Shown one piece after another: positions 25,871 to 37,812 of a DNA stretch of 64,000 bases. Position numbers and translations under genes: made by a program. Origin of the DNA: Auanema rhodensis (Eukaryota > Animalia > Nematoda). Where the stretch lies: contig OZ059898.1 of NCBI GenBank assembly GCA_964057225.1, positions 8,680,001 through 8,744,000 on the forward strand, written 5' to 3'. Below the pieces are notes generated by a model that ran no database searches, was not told the origin of the DNA, and was given only the letters and a program-made list of their open reading frames with translations. Each line of letters begins with the position of its first letter. The stretch's first letter is position 1.

Positions 25871-26885
25871 ATGTCTGATTTTCCTGCTGAAAAATATTCA
25901 AATGCGCAGAAGAAATGGTCAGGAGCTAAACTGATAGTAGAACCAACAGTTCTAAGAGTTTTAGCTAACGGTGATCTTATTAAAGGTAGAAGAGTATTAG
26001 ATGCTGGATGTGGATCAGGCAATTTTTATTTATTTTATTATATATAAATATATATAAATTTAGGAGAAATTACCAATAATTTGAAGATTTGGGGAGCAAA
26101 GGAAATTTTAGGATTTGATAAATCAAGTGAAATGATTTCCAAATGTCAACAGAACTATAAAGGTTTTTAACTATATTTGCTCAAAATAATTTATATTTAA
26201 TATAATTTAGAAGAAAATATGAATTTTAAACAAAGCTCATTGGCTGATTTCGAATGGGATGGTCCAAAATTTGATGTTGCTGTCTCATTTTTTGTTCTTC
26301 AATTTATTGAAACAGAAGAATTAGAAAGAGTTAGAAATCATCTAATATTACATATTATTTAAATTATTTAGTCTATTAGAAATATATATCAATCACTTAA
26401 TGATGATGGAATTTTTGTTGGAATCATTCCAAATGGTGTTCCAGATTATAATCCAACAGCTGAAGAAGGCAAAAAGTTTGGTAATGTTGTCCGTTAACTA
26501 TATGAATAATAAAATAATTATATAGGAGCTGCTGTAGAAGTTAATGAACTTCTTTTGAAAGATGATCAAAAACTTAAAGTTAATTTCTATGATGAAGGAG
26601 GTTTTATTTAACAAACTTGTTTTCAATTATGTTTATAAAACTTTAGAAGTTGTTGCTTCATCTGATATTATCTTCCGTTTCCGTGATACTTATGAAGAAA
26701 TATTTAAAAAATGTGGATTTCATCGAGTATTTCAATAAAATTAATTTAAAGAAATAAATCTTTATTTTTAGGTTGAATGGGTTGCTCCTACCATACATCC
26801 TGATGGTATAGATGAATTTGGAGAAGAATATTTTCATTCATTTCTTCATCCACCCAAAGATATTGCTTTCAGGATTTTCAAGTAA
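25871..26885 (+). CDS. Class I SAM-dependent methyltransferase, ToxA-like, 7 exons
   Basis: Motif I RVLDAGCGSG, post-I ILGFDKSSEMI, motif II FDVAVSFFVLQF, motif III IYQSLNDDGIFV; C-terminus YEEIFKKCGFHRVEWVAPTIHPDGIDEFGEEYFHSFLHPP. Intron 1 is GC-AG. Confidence 0.9.
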
Positions 26886-27155
26886 ATAAGTAGATTATAT
26901 GATTTTTAACTTTTTTATTATTTTTGAATATGTTTAAATATGAAATAGTGACATATCTACCAACTTATTCTATTCTAACTATATAAGTATTTATTATGAA
27001 TAATTTGAAATAGATATATGAATAGTTTGAAAAATGTTTAGATTTAGAATCAAATAGTTAAATTTATTTATTTATATTTTAATTTATCAAAACTATATAT
27101 AGTTTTGATAAATTATGTGTAAGTAAAATATAATTACTATATGTATACATAACTA

Positions 27156-27854
27156 TTAATTCATAGAAATTGACCACATTGAATTGAAATACTGTGAAAA
27201 ATTATATTTCTGAAAATAGTTTTAAAACTATTTTTAATTATAAGAAATGAAAATACCTTAGAAATATGATCTCTCATATCAAAATATAATTTAATTTTTT
27301 TGCTTATTTGTAATAAATGATTAGCAGATACATAAGTGAAATCACTTAAATAATATAACTATATGTATAAATATAATAATTATAATTAAACTTATATGGT
27401 AATTCTAAAGGTTGTATTTTTTCATATGCATAATATACTCTTCCTATTATAGTATTTAGTCCAGATAATGTTTTTACATTCAATATTGCTTTTCTAATAC
27501 ATTCTAATATTGAAGCATTACTACCTATTTCAAATTGAATTTTTTTTCTCATATTCTAAATATTACTGTATTTATTATATTATATAGTTTATTACCTCTC
27601 CTTCTTTATTATTATAATATAAAATTATTTTTATTGGTATTGTAGCTTCAATATCAGACTCTCCTAGGCTTGATTTAATAGCTAAATCAATATATTCGAA
27701 TAGACTAATCAATTAGAACTATAAACTTACATTCTGGACTTTTAAGATAGACACTCCGAACAGAGTTCTCAGATGAATCTGACATGAAGTATGTTGATCT
27801 GAACAATTTTGTTAAAATTCTTTGTTACTTCAATTACCTAGTTGGTGTTGTCAT
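27156..27854 (-). CDS. Uncharacterised multi-exon protein with an apparent 1-nt frameshift in an A-run near the 3' end
   Basis: In-phase exons MTTPTR|STYFMSDSSENSVRSVYLKSPE|SIKSSLGESDIEATIPIKIILYY..|NMRKKIQFEIGSNASILECIRKAI... Confidence 0.55.
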
Positions 27855-28344
27855 AATTTGATGACAACCGAGTTTGAAGTTATTTTAATAAGAAATGTTT
27901 GATATACGTGAATATACGTGAATATTTTAATAATTATTATATTATTTGTATATAGTTAAAATGGTGACAATATAATTCAGAATAAACTTAAATGAGTGTT
28001 TGAAAAATTATTTATAATCTTTTGATAAAGAAGAAGAAATATTTTAAATATTTTCGTTATCATATGTCGTCAATCTAATACTAATAGCAAGATCTACAGT
28101 GTTAACTATATACATATATATAACTAATTATAATGAATAATAATCATTAAATTTTAATTTCTCTTATAAAGGGTTCAGAAGAGTAACGAAGTAATTACAT
28201 TTTAGAATCTAATAGCAACTGTATTCAATATTTGATTTTAGAAATAATAAATTATGTTTTTGATAATTATAAATAAAAATATTTATTAATATATATTTAT
28301 TTAAATGACTGAAAAATACAAAAATATAAAATTTATATCATAAT

Positions 28345-31300
28345 TTAAGTATTTTCTTGTATATTTTCTGTTTCTTTACATGGTTCAGCAATCTTTTCAA
28401 TTGTGTTTTCTGTAGATGGTTGTAATGGATGTTCAACAGAATCATGTACATGTTCATTTAACCAATAACAATTTACTGCTCCTAAACATCAAAATATTAT
28501 TTTTAATTTAAAATTTTTGAATTAAATGATATTACCTTTTCCTTTAACTTGTACAATTCCTCTTTTAACTAATTCATAAACATTAGGTTCTACCATTAAC
28601 TTTAATGCTGTTACTTCACTAGTTTGTATTTGATTAGGAGGGCAATTAGATTGCATACGTGAAGCAAAGTTGACCTACCATATTTTAAAAAAGCTACAGT
28701 ATCCTTCTACAGTATGTAACTTACCGTATCTCCAAATAGACAATAGCGAGGAGATCGTATGCCAATAACACCAGCTGCTATTGGTCCACAATGAAAACCA
28801 ATTTTTACTCGTATTTTAAAATCAGGTAGATGTGTCACTTTATATAAATATGAAGCCTATAAATATTTTTTTCTGATATCGTTTGTTCAATTGTATTTTC
28901 TGTTTACTTCACGAATCTCTAAACTGATTTCAGCTATTTCAACAACATGTTTTCCGTCATTTTCATTTGGTACTCCTGAAGCAACCATATATGTTTCACC
29001 TGTTGTTTCAACCTTAAATTGTAAAATTTATATTTTTAATTTATGAAATGTATTTTGCTAACCTTATAAGCATCATGATTTCGAATAATTGAATCAAATC
29101 TGTCATAAACATTGTTCAAAAAATCGATAACCTAAAATAAATTTTAAATAAAAAGAAATTAAAATGTAAACATTTGTACTTCTTCAGGACTACTGTTATT
29201 TACTAAAACTTGAAAATCACAAATTTGAGCAAATAACACAGTAGCATGATCATAACTACGAGGAGGAACTGTTCCACCAGTTTTTAAAACTTGTGCAATT
29301 GACCTATAGAATAGTATATAGATAAATATATTTTTAAATATTACTTTGGTAATAATTCATTTAATAAACGAATTGTTTTTTCTTGTGCTTCATGTATTTT
29401 TGCATTTTTTTCATCAACAATTTTTTCCAAATTCTGAGCATATCTTTCATTCATTTTTAACATTTGATCAACTAAATGGCCTTGACTGAAAATAGTAAAA
29501 AAAATTATTTTAATTCATAAAGTCTCATACGTTGAAGCAAATGCAGTTGCTACTGTTTGATGAATTGTACGAAGTTTAGGTCGTGAATCAGGTATAGGAT
29601 CCCAGCATTGTACCATAACCTGAAACTTAATTTGAAACAAATCACAAACACATAAATCTTACCGTTTGCAATACATCGTTTTCCACATTTTCAACTTCAG
29701 GTTTTAAGTTATTATCCATAATTTTAGTGAGAACATCTAAAAAAATATTATAATTATATGATATAATTATAATTATAACCTTTCATATTTAGACCAGTAT
29801 TTTCATATGGATCCATTCGATATGTTAATTGATATAATATCATTCCAAAACTATAAATATCACCAGTTATTGTGCCTCGAGCATAATTCTTTCCAATTTC
29901 TGTTTCTCTTAATAATTCTGGAGCAAATACAACATAAACTAAAAATTAAAAAAATTTAAATTATTTGTTTTCTTTTTTTTCGAAAAATACATTTATGTTG
30001 CGGACATTCTGCCATTTCTAATGTCCCATTTTTCACAAATTCATGCATCATTGAAGCTACACCAAAGTTTGCAAGTTTTAAAACCCAATTAGAATCAATT
30101 AAACAATTAGCTGATGTAAGTAATCCATGATTTCCAATTGCTGATTTATGTAAATAAGTTAATCCCTTAAAACAAAAAATAATAAAATTGTAAACGAATA
30201 GATGTAATAACCTTTAGAATATCGCGTATAAACGCTGAAAGAAAAGTTGTATCCATTACAAACGTAGTATCTTTTATAAAATCCTTAAATTAAAAAAATA
30301 ATTTTGTTATTATTATATATTATAATAATAATAATAAATCTTACTTCTAATGATGCTCGTTCAATAACAGCATGAAGAACATAGAAATTGGCCATTTCAT
30401 TACAACATATACCCATAAATTTTGCAATATTATCATGATTTAGTTGTTTTAATTCATATACATATTTTAATTCTTGTCTAAAATAATATATTTTAGCTTT
30501 TATAATTATCAAAAATATATAAATACCTTGACCATTTAATCTTTTTCTTTTGTTTCATTGCCATAAATTCTGCTTTTACAGTTCCTATTAAAGCATATGA
30601 ATTGATAACTCGACGTTTACTGGCTAATGTTGCTCCTTCAGCACCACCAGTTACTCCTTTATTTCTAACAGAAGCCTATAATTGGAAAAAAATATTTTTA
30701 TTTAATATTCAATTACTTACTTGATTTTCAATAATTTTCAAATTATCTTTCCTAATTCTCCAATGCATTCGGAAAAATTTTATTCGCGCTCTGAAAAAAA
30801 GTTTTAAGGTTGAAGAAGAATAAAATTTAATAATTACTGTTTTCTCCATTTATATATAACATAAATTAAAAGAAATATGAGACTTCCTGCTGACCATCCA
30901 ATGTAATATCCTAAAAAAATAAAAATTATAAATTATTAAAATAAATTATATACCAATATAGGTTGTACATTGGCTAGTCCAAGCACATATATGTTTCTGT
31001 CTGCTTATTAGAGTATTCCAGAATGTTTGAGCTACTTCATCATCAAGAATATCTTGTTTTATCTAAAACAAAATATAATTTTCAAACATTTTAATGGTTA
31101 AAAATACCAAATCAAAGCATTTTGTTCCATCACATGAGCCAAATTTATCAGATTTTAATGAAAATAAAAGTTTGAATTTATCTAAATTTATAATAATAAT
31201 AATAAATATTTTAATGATTTATTTACCTCCTTCTCCTCTGGCTTTATATACTCCATAATTAGTTAATAATGAAGCACTTGCATCAAATTCAAACGTACCA

Positions 31301-32798
31301 AAACTTGCTTAATTATATAATTAATTATATAAATTATTTTATTATAATAAACTTGATAATTTAGAATTTTTAAAATTATTATAATATGATTGTGTATCTC
31401 CAGTTGAACCAGATTTAGCTGCATAACAAAACGCATAACAAGATAAATATAATGACATGGCATCAGGTAAATTTTCCTAAATATAGTTAGTATTTTAAAA
31501 ATAATTTAATAAATTCTATTAAATACATCTTTGATAGTTGTTACTTGATTAACAGCTTCTGCTAACTTATCATATGGTTCCAGTAAAGGTGCAATCTTCA
31601 AATAAATTAATTCGTTCTTTAATTCTTTTTTAAAAATTATATTTGAAAATAATTATAATTAAATAAAAAAATATTTTAAAGAAATACCACAATATCAACA
31701 GTATCAGCTAAAAATCTTGAAGTTGTTTCTGAGAACATGCTTATAGGCTCAGTAAAGACAACGATGACAATATGTCCCGTATCAGTTAACTGATCCAATT
31801 CCATTGTTTTCATATAATCTCCATATTCAAAATCTCCACCAGCAATAACAACTAAAATAAAAGATATAATTTTAAATAATAAAAAGATTATTTTCTTTTA
31901 CTTTTAGAACCATTTTGAAATATTTTATCTCTCATTGAAACTGGATATGTTGTTCTTTCATTATACATTCCAAAGAAAGATACAGGAACAAGTGGATCAG
32001 TCTGTTATAATTATGATTAAAATTATAAGAACTTTTTTTTTAAAAATTATAAAATTTACTTGTAAATAATCAAAAATTGCTTGTGCTATAGGATAATGAT
32101 CTGCATTTCGTGCATCCGGACCCGTTATGCTTATCTAAAAGTAACGAATAGATGAGTATTAATACAAATGAATATTGCAAACATTTCTAATATCTCCATT
32201 TGGACTTAAAACTTTAACAGCTTCAACAACAGCTTTAGTAAGCCCAGCTGAACTTGTTAATGACATTTGAACAACATTTGGATACATCTAAAAGGTTTTT
32301 TTTTCTTTTAAATTTATTTGAAAACTAAGTATCATTCACGTCATAATCCAACATTCGCTTGTTTGCCATTTTTCTTGCAAATAATGGTTTTTTCCAAAAA
32401 TATGATAATCGTCCCATTTCTTGAAATTCATCTATACATGAAGGTCCTATATAAGCATTAACCTAGAATATTATAATATATATTATAAATTAATAGTTAA
32501 CAACCTTATCTTCATAATATAGTTGAGCTGCATGTATTGTTCCTAATACTTGATTTTCCACAATACAACTGTTCTTATACAGTAATCTAAAATATTAATT
32601 TTTGTGTTTTTTTTATAAGAAAATGATGATATACTCTATTTCAGTTGAAATACAATTGCCTTCGGATATTGCTTGATCAATTGCTCTACGACAAGCATCC
32701 ATTGGTTCACCATCAGATCGTAGTACACCCAATTTAATATTTTCAATTTTAATAATAATATTACAAATAACAAATAATACTAATAATCTAGTTAACAT
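28345..32798 (-). CDS. odr-1: Receptor-type guanylyl cyclase ODR-1
   Basis: Signal peptide, extracellular domain, TM segment, kinase-homology domain ([27 protein letters not shown]) and cyclase domain with ODR-1-type [53 protein letters not shown] and VNCYWLNEH. Confidence 0.9.
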
Positions 32799-33876
32799 GT
32801 TAGAAAGTTAACTATATTGAGGATTATCTATAATATGAATAATTTTATTTCTTATATTTTTCAATTGATTTCAACATAAGAACAATATCATATTTAGATA
32901 GATAGATAGACTAATTATACAGAAAAGACAACAATAATTTCCTTTTTGAATGAATAAATCGAAATCATGTATGAATGGTAGGTAGACTACTGCAAGCTAT
33001 CTATCGAGGCAGATCGATGAAGACGAGCATCAGTCATATGAGGTAAAAGAGAAAATTGAGTGAGAGATAATGATAAAAGGAAACGAAAGGTAGAAGATAT
33101 ATATTGATATTGAATAGATAATAATAAACAATAGAAATAGGTAGAGAAAAGATAGTGATTAGTAGAGATTTGAAGATTCAAAGAGAGGAAAAGAGAGAAG
33201 GAGATAGACTAACTAAGTGTTAGAAAGCATGTAATTGAAGCATAAATGAACATACATTATCATATACAACAATTTAAAGTATGAATTACTATTTTCAATT
33301 GAAATTCAAATCAAAAACAATACTTAAGAAACATTATTTATAATTAAATAAAATTTTTAAAAATGTTCATAAATATATAAATATAATATTATATCATATT
33401 ATATTATATATAGTATATAAATTAAAGTATTTATAATGAAAAGGATTGATTAGAACCTATAATCCTTTGAATGCTATCTACTGAATTGAAATAACAGTTA
33501 TCTTAATTCATAATCATCTATATAGATTTAATAATAAATCTATTTAGATATTAATAAGCCTATTATTCTAAAAGGTTATAAAATCTTTAATACAAATAAT
33601 AGTTTTCAGTTTTTTTTTTGTTGTTTTCATCTATATATGTGTATGTATTCATAGATATATTATATATATTTATGTATATTATCTTTCCTCTATATGATTG
33701 AAACATCATGATTTTTCATTTTTATAAAAGAACAAAAGATTCTCAATGTTTGCAGATTTATTAATTCAATTTCTTTCTTGTTGAATACAAAAAAACTTTG
33801 AAATGGGCTAATTAGATATGTCTTCTGGTGTTTATTTCAAAACTTCAAGAATTTGTCCATTTGCTGAGATAAAGTG

Positions 33877-35204
33877 ATGGAGGACATCGATGAAGATCTT
33901 AGAAATTTTCATTATCCAGACAGTATTACAGATTTAAAAATATTTTATACATTTTGCTATCCATTCTTTCTTATAATTAACTTATATACATTAATTGCTA
34001 TTTATACTAAATCACCCAGAAATATGAAAGCATTTTCTCAATCATTTATAGCTCTACAGGTTATTTTAAAAATTATTATTTATATATTTATAAATATTTT
34101 TAATGTTTTAGATAATTTTAATATTTTTGGAATTTAGTATTTTTATTTGTCGGCCTTTTCCATTTTTTCCACATATTATAATAGTTGTTTTTGGATATTT
34201 TAATGATTATACTTCGACTAGTTTTCAAATTGTAAGTTTTGTTTCAATTTTTTCTTACTTTTAATTGAATTTTTTAAAAGATTTTATTGGTTCAATTATT
34301 TTATTTATCTATAACTACACCATGTATTGTATTATCTCATATCTTTCAAAATCTTCTAGATCCACAATCAATTATAAAATTTCGAGCATATGATTCACGT
34401 GTATTAATTGCTATAAATATTGTTTTTGCTATCACATTAATTCCTGTATTTCTAATATTACTCACATCTGATCAAGAAACAAATAGACAATACTTTTTAG
34501 AGGTTTTTTTAATTTGTATTTATTTATTATTATTTATTTTTAATTTAATCAGAATTTTCCTTGGGCATTTAAAATCTTATCAAATCGTGCGGCTTGTGCC
34601 GTTAAGTTCACTTGGTTTTTAGGAATTCTTTTGATACTTGGCGGGATAATGATTTGTAAAAATATTTATTTTAATAACTTTTTTAATATTTCTTATTTTA
34701 AGATATTTATTTTATTATAATTACAATGTTAGCATTACTTTGTTGGAGCTTGTTAAATTCTAAATCAAATTTAAGTAAGCAAGCCAGAACTGTTCAAAAA
34801 AAATTTACTGTCATGGTAATAGGGCAGGTAATTTGCTTATCTATATACATATAGTATATAGTTTATAATATTTATATTAACTTTTAAATATCTTTAATAG
34901 GCTCTAGTTCCAAATATCTTGATGTTAGGACCTGTAATGTATTGCCTTCTTTCTATTTTATTTCAAATTCATTCAGAATGGAATGGAAGTAAGTTATATT
35001 TATTTTTTTTTTTTAATATTTTTTTTCAAAATAAAAATTTATTTATTTGTAACAAATAATATATTTTCAGTTTTGAATGAAATTACAATTATATGTTTAT
35101 CTTGTTATACAACAATATCATCAATTACAATGATATGTCTATATCCCAACTATCGTATACTTTTACAAAAATTATTCGCTAAAACTCGAATAACTAAAAT
35201 ATAA
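33877..35204 (+). CDS. Serpentine 7TM chemoreceptor, Srh/Sri-like (Str superfamily)
   Basis: Multiple hydrophobic helices across 7 exons; family-type motifs IYTKSPRNMK, SNLSKQARTVQKKF..VIGQALVP and terminal CLYPNYR. Confidence 0.8.
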
Positions 35205-35737
35205 AAAAAAAATTATTTTTATTATTATTTTCAAAATTATTTGAATTTTCTTCAATAAATAGTGGTCTGAGCCATTTTTACATTCACTGCACATGTATGG
35301 AGTTCAAGCACAAAAACAAGATTATAGATAAAAGGATATTCAGTAAGGCACAAGAGAAAAAACTCTGAGAAGCATGAAGAAAATGGCATTCTATGTTGTA
35401 TACATGCATAATTCAGCTTAAGCTTAATCAATACAACTTTTTTTATCTTACATCTATATATATTATAGTATATATACTATATTATACATATATATAGTAA
35501 TATTATGATTATTAATCTATATTAACATTTTCCATTTCAACAATCATTAAAATATTTCATATTACTAAATTATATTTTATACTAAATATGCTTCATGTAG
35601 TAAATGAAATATTTGATTTTTGTTTTTATTTTGTTGATTGTTGAGGAATTTATAATTGAGATATGAAATAACATAATAAATAAGAAACCAAATGAAAATT
35701 TTTGAAAATTAAATGAAAAAAAGCACCGAATGTCAAA

Positions 35738-37812
35738 TTAGTAGAAAAAGTGAACAAATGAAATAATGAAAATAATAGAAAGTACATAGATCATTGAACA
35801 ACAATTTTCCAATACTATGCTATCTTGAAAATGAAGTTCTGGTCCGTTGGATAATAACTTCTGAAAGATGTTTGATTTTATTAAAATATAATTAGTAAAA
35901 CATTAATCTACATTTGTTGGTTTTCTTTCTGTCAGAATTGTTCGTTCAGCATTTTTGCGTCGAACATCAGCTAATGATCCTCCTGTAGAATTGAGTGGCT
36001 TTAAAGCTACAGCTAAGTAAATTGAACGACGATCACGCGTTACAGTAACACGTCTGCTTTGAGAATGATATGCTGGATGATCAAATCTGACCTAAACTTT
36101 ATTTAAATAAGAAATTAAAATAAATATTTCTGATCTAACCTCAAATGTTCCTTGATTAATCAATCTCCAAAATTCACCAGTTACATAACTTATAATAATT
36201 TTTGACTCATCGTCAATTGAAATTGTAACATTAGAAACTCTTTCACCAGTGTCAGCATCTACAATTCGTCCATGAATAGAACTATAATAATATATTTTAA
36301 GATTCACATATATGTATAGTTAACTAACTTGTGAACTTGATTTATGAAATTTAATAAGCTGAACTTATTCTCATTCCAAAAATATCTTAAATTTTTCTTG
36401 AATGGAAATTTAAAACAATTAATTTCGACTGTTAATTCAAAACAATTAGTATTTAAGTAGTTCCAATCTTGCATTCCACCAGAAACAATATACCTAAAAT
36501 AGTCGAATATATAGATTATAGTTAGATAAATGTATAATAATACTTACCAATTAGCTCCATTAACTATTCCATATTGAGGATCAATAGCCATATTTAAATC
36601 ATCATTAACACAACGAGGTCCCTGAACATGGATATAATTAGCTTTGATATGAAAAAATATATATTTCTTAATACTTTTTTCCACATACGAGTATGTGCTC
36701 GGGCATATGAGTAAGCTAATCGAACAAATATTCCATTATCTGGAGAAGGTGAATAGAAATGATCTCGTGTACGTGTTGGAAAATCATCAAATGGATAATT
36801 AACTGAAAATAAATTCAAATATATTATGAAACATCAAAATATATCTATATATAGATAGATATATATATAACATACCAATAGTTGTTCCTCCATGAAGATT
36901 TGCTGAGAGAACAAATGGAATATCTTTACTCCATTTCATCACTGCATCTGTTTCTGGTTGAATATATCCGGATGGAAAAAAATTAGGAAATCTATAAAAC
37001 ATTTATAATAATAAAATACTAAAATCTAACATACCTGCTTGGAAAATTACGATTTAAATCATATCCTTGAGCATTATGACGACCTTGAACTCCACTATCA
37101 TCTCCTTCACGAGCACGCTCATATCTAAAATTTGATATAAAAGTATAAAATTAATTATAGTTAATATAAACTAACCCATCTGGATTCATACTTGGCATTA
37201 AATGAATTCTTGTAGTATCAACTAAACGTTTAATCCATTTATTTGTATTATAATTATTTAATAAAACCCATGCAAGACTTTGAAGAAAAACCCGACCAGT
37301 AACCTAAAAAAATAATTTTAATTGTGATTAATATCAGAATAATATACTTCATTTCCATGCATATTAGCAATATATTTAAATTCTGGTACATCTTCTTGAT
37401 GATGTTTTGGATATTTTGAAATAACAAGAACTGATAGGTTACGACCTTCTACAGACAGTCCAGCTGAGTATAAATATGTCAAATTTGGAAATTCATATGT
37501 TAAGTTCTATAATAATTATTATATATTTAGTAAATATAAGCTTTAATTATACTTTAAGATAATCAGTCATTTGTACATAGTTTCTATGAACAAATTCCGG
37601 AGGGTCAGCAAATGGACCAATTTGCTTTGCCAAATCGCCCTGTGTTAATATTTCTCCTTGTGTTTCAAATTGAGCTATCAAAGCCTAAAATATTGTTTTG
37701 AATATTTTATATTTTAAATTTATATATATACCTTTTCTACAGCTCTTGATTCATCGATATGTTCAGATGTTGAAAGTAGCACAAGAAATGCTAATACTAT
37801 AAACCGTCGCAT
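35738..37812 (-). CDS. Zinc carboxypeptidase M14B (single-domain CPD/CPM-like; cpd-2-like)
   Basis: Signal peptide; [58 protein letters not shown] and ELTVEINC motifs; transthyretin-like domain (GEFWRL); hydrophobic C-terminal tail. Confidence 0.92.
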
